From assembly GCA_010909165.1 (NCBI GenBank), contig VJWM01000063.1:1-64000 (forward strand): 64,000 nt of DNA, in the 5' to 3' direction. Under the pieces are notes generated by a model. It was not told the DNA's origin. It saw only the letters and a program-made list of their open reading frames with translations, and searched no databases. The stretch is from Anthoceros angustus (lineage: Eukaryota > Plantae > Anthocerotophyta). Positions within the stretch are counted from its first letter, which is position 1. Each line of letters begins with the position of its first letter. The translations under genes and the position numbers were made by a program. Positions 1 to 11,226 of this stretch are shown piece after piece.

Positions 1-342
1 TCAGAAACATGTTAGAGCTATGCAAAAAAAGAAATTATATAAAAAATAAAGATAAAAAATAGAAAAAGAGATTTGGTGTACGAAGAGAGAGTGGACCACT
101 GGATTGTTGTTTTGTTTTGAGGGTTTGGTGTTTGTTTTTAGGAAACTACGCTTTTAGTAACACCCCTTTTCGGAGTGGGGCGATCCAGCGATTAGTGACA
201 AACATCACGGACACCAACACTAGGCCTCAAGTAGCCCGCCATCCTTCCACGGACGACTCGCGATCGGCACGTCTGCCAGGTGTTTATTCCGGCGAGTCAA
301 CAAGAATATATGAGATCGAGAGAGTCTGTGCATATGGCCGCC

Positions 343-512
343 ATAGCGCATGTGCTGGGCAGTTTGAACTACGCACTCCCCTTATACGGCGGCAAAATAA
401 ATCCTTGGCCTTTGGCGGGAAGGACACCAAGTTCTTCCTTGGCCTTTGGCCAAAGGCGACAAAGTTCAGCCTTAGCCAAGGAACACAAGGCAAAGGAGGC
501 ATAAATAGCCTC
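343..512. repeat. Repeat B2 flanking the 3' LTR-like repeat
   Basis: ccttggcctttggc...ggaggcataaatagcctc is shared with 1087-1252; the left ~45 bp align only loosely. Confidence 0.85.
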
Positions 513-522
513 CAGGCCGACA

Positions 523-1086
523 GTGAGATCAAGTTGGTTGCTGAGGCTCCCATGTCTGCAGTTCCAGTCTGAGAAATGAGACAAGGCTGTGAAGTATGGC
601 TGCCTTTCCATTCGGACAAACATCTACAATCCAAGAATCCATGGCGCCACATATAAACAAAACCCCGAGTTCTCGATGAAGTGCCTCCTCGTTCTCGATG
701 GTAGGCACTTTAGGTATATTATAATCCTACTTTCCTTGGCCTTGAATAAATAATAATGTTTATGAGTTCAACCATCTATTCGCCCCTTTTCCTTGATTCT
801 GATTTTTATGTGTTTTAAATATAGTTGATGCCTATATATCGTCATGCCACGCCCATACATAACCATGTATATAGATTGCATGTGTCATGACACATCGTCC
901 GATAACATGTCCACATACATCATCATCCATCCGTCATGCATACATGTGCATGCCATCCATCCATGGCGATGCACATGCCATCACATACGCATCCAAATCA
1001 AGTGGCTTATGCCAAATGGGATGCCAATCGATCGGCGTCGTTGTTTCATCGGTCTTGCTTTCTGTCGATTCCACGGCAGCATGAAA
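523..1086 (-). repeat. Terminal direct repeat A2 (3' LTR-like)
   Basis: Aligns by eye with 9161-9747 from gtgagatcaagttggttg to ...cagcatga, with many small indels. Confidence 0.9.
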
Positions 1087-1252
1087 ATAGCGCCTGTGGC
1101 GCATGGCGCGATTTCGACACTGCGAGACTCCCGTGCGGCGGCAAATCGTCCTTGGCCTTTGGCGGAAGGGACCAAGTTCTTCCTTGGCCTTTGGCCAAAG
1201 GCGACAAAGTTCAGCCTTAGCCAGGAACAAGGCAAGGAGGCATAAATAGCCT
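1087..1252. repeat. Repeat B1 abutting the inner side of the 3' LTR-like repeat
   Basis: Direct copy of 343-512 (both translate PWPLA..TKFFLGLWPKATKFSLSQ). Confidence 0.85.
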
Positions 1253-1393
1253 CGGGCGAGCGACCCCACGGAAAATGGTGAAAACCCGACTTTCCACACC
1301 AAAATGTCGGCCACAATCCGATTGGGCAGAACTTACCAAAGGCCAAACCATCCTTTGCGGGCGTTGCGGTGTGAGGTTAGGTGGAGGAGATCA

Positions 1394-2620
1394 TCACTCC
1401 AAATCCTCATCATCCGATTCCTCAACGAGTTCGGGCTTGATCTCCTCGGGCTTGACTCCAAGTGCGACAAAACTGTCAAAAATAGGACTCTCATGTTGGC
1501 CGATCCTCACCTGCGGATAATCAAAAGCGGGTTTGGGGCAATGAATGAATCGTCATGTGCGGTCTTTGCCAAGCAAGCTTGAAATATTCTGTCTTGAATC
1601 CCATCTTTGTTTGCTCAAGGTAAGGGATCTTGACTTATGCGTGGATAAATTGCAGGCCATCCAACAGCGGTGTGGCACTGTCTTGAGGTGATGGAAGAAT
1701 AGTAGCCGATCTTTCGGTAGACTAACCTTTACGGCACGCCTTCCCACATGATCGACTCCTTGGGCAACCTCAAGCCATCAAACACTTGATGCATGAAGAA
1801 ATGGTGTTGATTTTCGCCATGCTCCTTCACGATGCTGTCCATGTCCAAGACATGGCACAGAGTCCTCTCTGTGCAACTCAAACAAATCACGGTGATGCGT
1901 GGGTAAAACTCCACTCGACACCGCTCATGGTGTCTCCACATACAGAACTCACGAGCTCCTTAAAACTCAATTCCCTCTCGGGGAATATGCTGCGATGACA
2001 AATCCCATTTGCTTGCGCCCTCGTTGATCCAGGAGCGTCTTTGGAGATCTTTGCACCAAGTTGCACTTGCACACCTTTGGTGGCACTACTTCACGGCAAC
2101 TCACGGCATGCACGATCTGCTCATGTGCTCTTGTGTGTCTGTAGCAAACCGTCCTCTGCTCCCGAGCCCCTTGTCCTAGCGAGGCACTCCTTCTCACGTC
2201 GTGGCGTTGCATCACGGCTGGTGCTCACAGTGCTGGGTTCGAGGCTTCTTCCACATCCTCGCTTGTGCTTCTCGCCGTCCACGCTCGAACTGCGTTGGTG
2301 AGCCTCCATCTCCTCCTCGGTGGCCGTTGCTTTGTGGCCTCCCTCTCTTGCTTGGGTGCAGACCCGCACCTTCTTCGCTAATTGGTGCTAGGGCTTGTGT
2401 GGTGCCTCGCTTCGCATATGGTTCGTAACTCGCTCCATCCAACTTGAACCAACTTTGCACGATGCAGTAAGGCGAGCACTTGCTCTGTGATTGTCGAGCC
2501 CCGGTGAGGAAGACTCCTCCAGCGGCAAGCTGAATTTACGTCGTGCTCTCTTCCACCTGCTGGCCTTGGTGTCACTAAATTCTCGGAGGAGCGGATTGTG
2601 AGTGGCTCTGCGAGCACTCT
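1394..2620 (-). pseudogene. Fragmented extra ORF of unknown function in the retroelement 3' region
   Basis: Overlapping minus-strand ORF pieces (1887-2072, 1729-1941, 1553-1747) lead to ...DYPQVRIGQHESPIFDSFVALGVKPEEIKPELVEESDDEDLE followed by TGA TGA at 1396-1391. Confidence 0.5.
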
Positions 2621-4000
2621 TCAAGAATAGCGACACCCTAGTTGCCTTGTTGGCGTTGCCTTGGCAACAAGGAATTCATTGTCGAATCGCTCATGAACTT
2701 TCCTCTTTTGCAACTTACTCATTCTGCTCTCGTCCTCTTGTACCCATTCCAACACGAGTTGTCTTTGAGTGTTACTCTCAACTCCTGTTGAAGGTACTTC
2801 TTCTTCATTACTTCCGATAGATAGAGCCATGGCTGCATGCAAACTTGTTGAATCACAGTGTTCACATAGCCAATTCCCTTCCGGAATTTCCATCAGTGTA
2901 GGTGTTAGGCAGAAAATATGATAGCCTCTGTTGCACCTGTCACATAAGAGCATAAGCTCTTCATCCGTGGTGTGCCCACATGCCTCACAAGGCAAGTCTG
3001 CTGGTGGTACCCATGTTTGAGGAACAATTCTCACATCAAGATTTGGCAAGTGACATGGAGCTAAATGTTTCATATGCTCCTTGCATCTTCGCCATCCGTC
3101 CTTGAGTTCCACTACTCCTTGCTCACCCACATTTACCACGAGAATCAACCTACCGGTCTTGACATCTAATGTGCTTCTGCATGTTGTAGGTACACATAAT
3201 CTCCGTGCGAATTCCCTTGGGCTTCCATGAGCCCCAGCGTGTGAGCATATCTCAAGCGGTCTCTGTCTTTGTGCAATCGCAAGATTGTCCATAGCCATAA
3301 AATCCTTGAACATTTTCGCTCTAGCTTGCACTTCGTAACACCTCCATATTCCTACTCCAATCTGGAGTAGAATATTTGTCTTACATTGGGCAAAGCGCAT
3401 TCCTTCCGAACAAAAATCAATGAAGCTTCCCAATCTTGCTGCACTCACTCTATAACCCAACACAATATAGGAAGTAATTCATCCAGCAGGTTCCACGGTG
3501 ATGCAATACTTCGAGGCGTCCTTGAATACGAACCAACCTTTCGCGGACCATCGCTTGAGGATGATCCCGGGCGTTCTCCATGATCAATCGGACTTACATC
3601 CCAGCGTCAATTCTCCTCTGAATTCATTGCCTTGATCGAGCACCTCACTTCCAACTTCGTCGCTTAGTACACGCTGCGAAGGCTCTGTGTAATATGAGGT
3701 TCTTTGAATGCTACCTCCACCCACTTGGAGAAGTGCTCAATCATCACCATACGTGGATTTCCTTGCTTTGTCAATGGTAGTTCGGCATCAAGTCCACCGA
3801 CCACGAAAAACAAACCCGGATTGGTAAAGAGTGTAACACAACATCTTGTGTGTTAAACTAGCCTTCGCATCACACTGCGTGACTAGCCACCACTCTTTCC
3901 ACATGCATACATGCCGGACCGAAATATGTGGTCTTGACATGTGGTGTGTCCTTTTACACCAAAGTGACCTAGTGTTTCATGCACTTTAATCACAATCCAC
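2621..4000 (-). pseudogene. Integrase (H2C2 zinc finger, core, C-terminus) fused to a PHD finger
   Basis: HETLGHFGVKRT near 3950-3985; VMIEHFSKWVEVA near 3715-3750; PHD C4HC3 CEAC..LLCDRCNRGYHIFC..P.GNWLCEHC at 2855-2989 within ORF 2621-3463. Confidence 0.9.
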
Positions 4001-4289
4001 TGTTCTTTCTTGAGGACTTGGCACCTTCTTTACAACCTCTCCTTCCTGACAACTCTCCATCCATGAGTATCGGCCACTCGTCTCGTAGTCGCGACAGGCT
4101 CTTGACATTATGCAGTGACCTTCTTTGGCGGTACAGCTTGAATGCCTCGGATGTCACAGAGATTACATAAGATCGGCTCTCCTCCTGTTCACCTTGATCG
4201 CCATGAGTGCCATGAAGCTGGGCACATTTTCCATGTGTCCCAAGTCTTGTCGTGCTCAGTGGCATCACATTTGATGGATTCTCAAACCA

Positions 4290-5350
4290 TCGCATTGTGG
4301 TGCTTGCACCTTTATGCACGATTTCCATGTCATATTCGACGGCAATGCCCACAGCGTTTCCGCTCAACTTCATGTTGGTCATGAGCCAATGAAGTGGTTG
4401 ATGATCCGTCACCAACGGAAACTTCCAAGCAGATAAATTACGAAATGCAACACGCCCATCGCGCAAGACACTCTCCTTCATATGAGGTAGTTTACCTCTG
4501 CGATTGTTGGATCGCTTGCATAAGCCACAACTCGCTCCATTCATACTGCGTCGATGCGGCTCACGCTCCTATCCGCAATACTCCAATCCGTATGGAACAA
4601 GCGGCTTCTCAAAGTCGGTCTAAGGGCTTCTCGACCAATTGATCCCTTAGATCTTGCCGGGCTAGCTCTGTTCTTGATCCCATTTCCAAGTTACCTCCTT
4701 CTTGACATCTCGTACAAGGGTTTGCATGTGGGCTGGGTCTTTCATAAACCTCCTGGTAGTTCACCAACCCGAAATGCTCTAAGCTGCCACATCCTTGGGC
4801 CTAGGCATGCATCACTGCACCTTAGCCAAGCTGGCATGATTCCTCCTGGCACAATTTCATGTCCAAGATACTCAATCCGCTTGAATGCAAATTTGCACTT
4901 TTCGGATGAGCTTTCAAGCTGATTTGGACAATCTTTGCGAGTCTCCGGATGATCCATATGTTCCTCGATGGTGTCGCTGAAAACTAGGATGTCGTCGATG
5001 TAACAACGCACAAGCGGCGGATCCTGCGGCTCAAGTGCAATTCTCGGAAATATATGGAAGCATTTTTCAGAAGGGCATAGTCTCCCATTCCCAAAGCTGA
5101 TCCTTTCCCGAGCCGTTTTGCTCTTGTCTTGCTCCTCAATCACAATCGATTGAAACGGAAATCCAAAGTGGTAAAAATTTACCCTTGCATCAAAATCTCA
5201 TCTGGAGTAGGCATGGGATACCGTTCCATCAACGTTACTTCGTTGAGAGGTCGATAGTCCCCACATTCGCCTATCTTTCCACTCGCCATTTTCGTCCTTC
5301 TTGATTGGGAGAGCGTTGCGGCATATTCGAGCTTGATTTCGAATCAATCA
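4290..5350 (-). pseudogene. Reverse transcriptase and RNase H (frameshifted)
   Basis: GDYRPLNEVT near 5235-5260; YIDDILVFS near 4975-5002; KCKFAFKRIEYLGH; SYEGECLA and LVTDHQPL in RNase H. Confidence 0.95.
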
Positions 5351-5719
5351 CTTCAAATGACTCGACAACGCTTGTCCACAATTTCCCCTGCTGGACTCAA
5401 CCTATGCCTTCTTCGAAGATAGGCTCGAGCTAGTGGTAACAATCTTGAACTTGATCTTTTGCCTTCCTAGCTCATTCAATGAATAAAAGCACCTCTGTTT
5501 TCTCGAGCATGTCGATGATCTTTTGTTTGTCCTCTGGTGGCGTCTTCATCAATCTTCCGGACGTGAACCTCCTTGGTGACACTCTTGGTTACAAACTCTG
5601 TTTCCACAGCCATGCCAAACATGTCTTGGGTTCCTTCCCTTTCATCCGCCTCGGCTTTCCATCTTCGCTAGCGCATGGCTCTTTTCCTTCACCTCACCTT
5701 GGAAATGCCAATCCAGTAC

Positions 5720-6580
5720 TCACTAACCACCTTAAGCTGTATAGATCGAATGCTGTCCCAGCAACTTGTGTTTGGACGCCTCACTCACACCCATGGTCTG
5801 CGTACCCTTCTTGGCAAACCCCATGGCTTGTTCGCGTTCCTCCACATTGAGCTCTCCTAGCTCCTCTCCCTTTGAGTCCAGGATCATGCCATCTCCTCCT
5901 CGCCTGAATGCGTAGGATTGTGGCGTGCTTACCAAAGTCGGCCACACCCTCCTGGCTTCACCAACTCTTCCTTTGGATAAAGCGGAAGTTTGTCCATCTT
6001 CTTGACTTCTTTGCGAGTACCTTTGGTTCCGATTTCACTACGGTCTTCCGGATGGAACCATGAGTGTTCTATGTTGCCTCGGTGTCTCAAGTCACCGCAA
6101 CGTTGGTCCAATAGCTGCGAATCACATGCGTAAGAGCCTGTTGCCAGCATCAATGACCAGCTCATTGCGAACCATGATCGGACCTCCTCATACATCGTTA
6201 CGGCGGTGCTTGTCCAACGCTCCACACGTTTTCCGGTATGTACCGGCATCCGGGATTCAAGTTGAACCTCCGACAACCGCGACCTCGGCGGGAAACACCT
6301 TCGCCTTTCCTCTTCACGCCGAGAAGGTCTTACACTCCCATCTGCGATGATCATATCCTTTGGGGGCGAGCTTGTTTCCTTCCTTCCAAGCTTGATCCGT
6401 GCTGCTCGACAACCTCTCATCGTCTTCTCTTAACGAGATGGAAATAATTTGCACAACGAGAATTCGACCCACGACTCTAGCCTTCTCGTCCTTTTCCACA
6501 CGGTGTAGCGCAAACCTTGATGCCACATTGAAACCGCCTCCAATCCGATTCGAGCACAATTCCAACAAGTGAATTCCTTG
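5720..6580 (-). pseudogene. DNMT3-like C5 cytosine DNA methyltransferase domain inside pol (frameshifted)
   Basis: Motifs in canonical order across frameshifts: I/II GIHLLELCS..IGLEAV..CGIKV.RY..VEKDEKARVV (6577-6470); IV DMIIA-WECKTFS (6357-6322); VI YIPENV (6242-6225); VIII LVIDA..GSYA..RSYWTNV (6160-6099); IX/X EEREQAMGFAKKGTQTMGVSEASKHKLLGQ (5842-5754). Confidence 0.88.
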
Positions 6581-6999
6581 AACTTGCTCTCCATCGCTAC
6601 GAATCATTGATTCGCCTTCCCTCCGTCTTGGCGGGCTTCATGTTTAGTATGGATCTCTCTGGACATGTGTTGAGATTCCGCAGGCGATTCTCCTTTCGGT
6701 GATGATTTTCTCGAACCCTTGCCTCCTCAAGGTGCTCGAGGCGCGATCTTGACCTCCCTTAGCTCGGTTTTGGTGCTTCACGAGAGGACAATTCCTCTGT
6801 CTCCTCCCACATCTGTGCATGCTCAATTTGAGCAGGAAGCCATCTGCATCACCATCTCTGCGCTTCTGGCCTCCTTCGATCTTATTCTACGCCACTTTTG
6901 CTCATGTTCAAGGGAATAGTTGCAATTCGAAATCCCTTGCTTCCAGATCGATAGAAGGCTTCTTCATACATGGATCAACTCCCATGGCGGGGCCATGTG

Positions 7000-7270
7000 T
7001 AGCATCCGCTCCTAACACATCGTAGGACGTGGCGGTCACCAAACCGAACCTCCATTGTGGTGGTCATCCTCATGCAGCTTCAACTCGATCTTGATCGGTT
7101 TCTGGTCATCCCCATCACCATTTCCTTCGTTCCTGCGGAGTAGTGATGCCCATCGCTTGGTACTTGCGCCATATAGCTTGAGGCGGCACTGCGAGCTCCC
7201 AACAATCTTGGATCTCGCTCCGGTGTCCACCACATTGGTGCAAATCCGTCAAAGGTAATTTCCGGTTTGT
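7000..7270 (-). pseudogene. Retroviral-type aspartic protease
   Basis: VDTGA active-site motif at ~7217-7230 and downstream TATSYDVLG. Confidence 0.75.
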
Positions 7271-7339
7271 TGTCAATCATGGCAACACCTCCTTTACCTC
7301 GGCGTTCGGGCTTTAGATGGTCTCCTCGCAGCACATCAA

Positions 7340-8770
7340 GCTCTGACTGGACTTCTCGGTTCTATCTCTTTCCTGATCCATTCCCTCATGATCTTCTTGA
7401 AATGTGAACTCTTGAGTCCAAGTTCCAGCAAATTGACCACAGGAACCTCCATGGCCTTCTCCAACAGTACTTCTACATCCACCTCTGGGTTAGAAGCCAC
7501 CTGCGCAATAGTACCATCATCAACTTGCCTAAAACTTTCAGGCATTTTGCTTTGCTCTCGTTCAGACGTGTCCTTGGCAGTAACCCCTTCTCCGAGATCA
7601 AGTGCTTCTTCTTCTTCTTGCGAATCGCCATGCCATACACTTCTTCATCCGAGTCGAGAGAAAAGAATGCGTGACTCGGCCATGTTAGCCATCGCATACG
7701 CATCTCTTCAACTTGCGCAAGAAGAGCCTTGCGACTAGGGCCTTTGCCCTTCTCCTTTTCACGCCCATTACCTTGGGCTTGAGCTCTGGATGAGCCTCCC
7801 AACATGCGGCTTCTATGTGGCCCCATCGACCACAAGCCTTGCAAACCTCCTTGCCCTTGGGCCTCCAGTCTGAAGTCACATTCAAATGACTTGTGTGCAC
7901 CACGGCACCTACCACATTTGATGGCCGACTGCGTTGTTACGGTCTCTCCTTGACGGTGATTGTTTGGTGACAGGGACCAAATCGCTTCTTGACCCTTATC
8001 TTTGGAATCTGGATCCTCCTTGTCGAGCCGTAAGAAGTCTTGATCAAATTGTGATCCTCGGTATGCTTGACGACATCCCCTTTAGCACCTTCTCGCAATC
8101 TTGTAGGCGTCGGTCAAACCATACTTTTCTCCATGAGCACCATGAAGAGCATCCATTACCTTCCTTCTGTCGGGCGCATGGCCATGAAAATTTCAGCAGC
8201 CTCGCATGGTCTTCACATCCGTGTCCTCCACCAAGATCTTGATCGATGTATGCGCCCTCGGCGTCTCATTGGACTTGAAGCTAAAGCAATCGACTCACAA
8301 TCTTCTCCAAGGACGATGTTGGAAACATGTCCTTCAATCTTTCAAACATGAGATCAACCAAATGCTCTAGCTCGTCTTCCTTGGCGGAGTGAGTGGCTTG
8401 CCAGAACTCCTGCTGCAAGTTCTCATTCGTTTCTCGCCGATGCCAAGATGTCCTTCTTCGTCTTGGTACATCAACGCCTCACACGCGGATATTCGACATC
8501 TTCATGAGTGCCATTCTGGGTGGCGATCCTTGTACTTCATCTTGTTTTACGCCATTCCCAGTGAACTTCTCTCAAAATCCATGATGACATGCTCCCATGT
8601 TTTCCGGTGAAAACATCATTCTTCTTGGCGTACTCTCCGATTCCATTTGAATCGGCTCTTCGCTCCAGTCTCAAAGCGAGATCTCGTGATGGGCGTGTTG
8701 TCTGTCTTGGTCGGGCGTCCTTTTGAAAGGTGATCCGTGGATCTTTGTCCCTTTCTAGCGATGGCGGGCG
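7340..8770 (-). pseudogene. gag (frameshifted)
   Basis: CX2CX4HX4C knuckle at ~7803-7843 (ORF 7685-7915), located between the 5' repeat and the protease; upstream boundary approximate. Confidence 0.75.
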
Positions 8771-9160
8771 GTGTCCCTCGTTACTCGGCTGACCTCAAAA
8801 ATACCGCCATCGAAATCCGCCTATGCTTGACAATCGAGGAATGTTGTCAAGCGGCAATCCTGGCCCAACTAGCTAAGAAAAAGCAGTGTCTACGGTTTCT
8901 ATCCGAGCGTTCCCACATATGCGGGACTCTGTCGGTGAGCCTAGCCAACTCTGCAATGGTCGATTCGGACTACACTGCGTGAAATCGATGGTAGAATTCC
9001 TATCCATCGAAGTCATTCACTTATCTGGAGCCTCCGTTCTTGGCCTCCCATGGATGGTCTCCACAGGCTGGAAGATGATCGATTTCCGCCTCCTCCGGTC
9101 TCGATGTCACAATGTCCTCCAATGTCTCGGTTCTCCAAGCAAGGTGGGATTGTAGATGTG

Positions 9161-9747
9161 GTGAGATCAAGTTGGTTGCACGAGGCTCCCACTTGATCTG
9201 CGGTTCCCAAAAGTCACAAGAGAAATGAGACAAGGCAAGGGGCAGTATGGCTGCCTTTCCATTCGACAAACATCTACAATCCAAGAATCCATGGTGGCGC
9301 CCACATATATAGGCAAAACCCCGAGTTCTCGATGAAGTGCCTCCTCGTTCTCGATGGTAGGCACTTTAGGTATATTATAATCCTACTTTCCTTGGCCTTT
9401 GAATAAATAATAATGTTTATGTGTTCAACCATCTATTCACCCTTTTCCTTGATTTACGATTTTTATGTTTTCAATATAGTTCCGATGCCTATATATCGTC
9501 ATGCCACGCCTTACATACATAACCATGTATATAGATTGCATGTGACACATCGTCGTTAACATGTCCACATACATCACATGTCATCCATCGTCATGCATAC
9601 ATACCATGTGCATACCATCCATACGATGCACATGCCATCACATCACATGCATCCAAATCAAGTGGCTTATGCCAAATGGGATGCCAATCAATCAGCGTCG
9701 TTGTTTCATCAGTCTTGCTCTGTCCAGTTCACAGCAACAGCATGACA
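9161..9747 (-). repeat. Terminal direct repeat A1 (5' LTR-like)
   Basis: Copy of 523-1086; starts TGTCATG on the minus strand at 9747 (canonical TG end). Confidence 0.9.
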
Positions 9748-10197
9748 TGGACCAAAGATGTTGCAAAGAACAATTGATTCAATAATGAGAAAATAGGGTC
9801 CTAAGTACAAAAATGTAAAGTTATGTAACGTTTCATATTTAACCATTATTAATTCTAGGGTTAATTGATGAGGTGATTACTATTGACCTAAGTATAGCTG
9901 GAGGTCATTCTAACAGGTAAACATATTGCAGATATAACTCTGCGGCCTGTGGTATTGCACAAGTTTCCGTACTTCCGTACTGGGCATAGGCTCTACGGCT
10001 TTCGTAAGCCGATCAACACACACCAAAAGTGCATCATGACCCTGCTCATTTTAATTAAAAAAAATATAATATTTAATATGAGTTCACTTGCAAATAAGTC
10101 TAGTGACACGAAGTTGGCACACACGACAAGAGATTTATTCACTATTCAAACATGTCTTTGAATGGATTGGCGCCCTCTGGCATACACACATGAAATT

Positions 10198-11226
10198 TCA
10201 AAAGCTCCTTTTGAAATTTGGGCGAGTATAAATCGTCAACATAGTTCTCAAAGGATAATTAAGTTTCCGAATGTCATAGTCACCCATCTTGACTACCTCA
10301 CGATCATATGCAATTGCAGCTTCCTCATAATCGTCCCATTTCTCTTCAACTACATCGTTTTTGAAGTCATTCCATTTAATGTTTGGAACATTTCGATGAT
10401 GGCCCATATCACGATCAAAGACATAAACGACATATTCATGCTTGTGTCCAAGTTTGCATTTTAGGTACACACCATGCTTATAAATAGGGGTATCACTGTT
10501 GGAATCGATAGCGCACCCTGGATTCATGTCCCTTATCCTTAGATCACGAGTGATGGGATTTTTACAGCCATCTGAGTATATGCGTCTTGAGAAAAAGAGA
10601 TATTCTCGCCAATCTATCATAGATACCACTTCAGGTTGTTGCATAAGCTGTAGATGATGCTCAACGGAAAATTAAACTTTTGAGGATGTGGAAACTTGTA
10701 TCCACAAAGAAACATCTTAACAAGCACACTATCTCTCAATAGGGCCGCTTCCTTGGCGAGCTCTTTTTACCCAAAATAGCCCAGACATCCACGATCTATT
10801 GGCCTTGTTGAACCTCTGGAACCATTATGTGCCGTAGTGGCCCGATTTTTTGTGCCAACTCACTCCGTGATACTTTTGGTTTCCATTTTTACTCAACGAT
10901 GAAGTTGGATGTGGATCCACTCGTGCTACTTTAGGATCCAATGTTATTTCTTTTAGGTTCTCAAGTGTGGGAGGCAAGGGAGCTTGCTTTTCTTGAAGAT
11001 AAGTTATGTTTCTAGCAATGATTTTGAGTTGATCGGTATTCACTTTTGACACATGGAAAACATATTGAGTGAACAATTCAGGTTGAATAGAAAACAAATG
11101 CTCCTTGGAGAAAGTCCATGGAAACTTCAAACTACATGACTCGCAAATCTGAAGAAGGTCTGGTGATATTGGAGTACCATCTCTATCTAACCATTCATCC
11201 ACCCATGTCCTAGGAGGATTGGCCAT
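10198..11226 (-). pseudogene. Intronless double-AP2-domain ORF, disrupted
   Basis: First domain YHGVSWHKKSGHY...LGYFG*KELAKEAALLRD...FNFP; second domain YKHGVY...EEAAIAYDREVVK...LNYP. Two stops and at least two frameshifts between 10830 and 10645. Confidence 0.65.

Larger units (their letters stand above)
343..9747 (-). mobile_element. Ty3/gypsy LTR retrotransposon (degenerate or error-rich): gag-PR-DNMT-RT-RH-INT-PHD plus extra ORF
   Basis: Minus-strand order: CCHC knuckle (CKACGRWGHIEAAC), protease VDTGA, MTase motifs, RT YIDDILVFS, RNase H LVTDHQPL, integrase, PHD. Direct terminal repeats at 523-1086 and 9161-9747. Integrase after RT/RH is the Ty3/gypsy order. Confidence 0.93.

Noticed and set aside
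1-200. End of another LTR (gtaacacccc...gtgaca)
   Set aside because: Only short motif resemblance, with no partner repeat or PBS in the window.
1394-2620. Tyrosine recombinase, suggested by the split-repeat termini
   Set aside because: No R...HxxR...Y pattern recognised, and the element already has a DDE-type integrase.
6060-6480. Possible second aspartic protease (RILV..., MIIADGS)
   Set aside because: No D-T/S-G motif; the adjacent frames give MTase motifs IV, VI and VIII, which explain the region far better.
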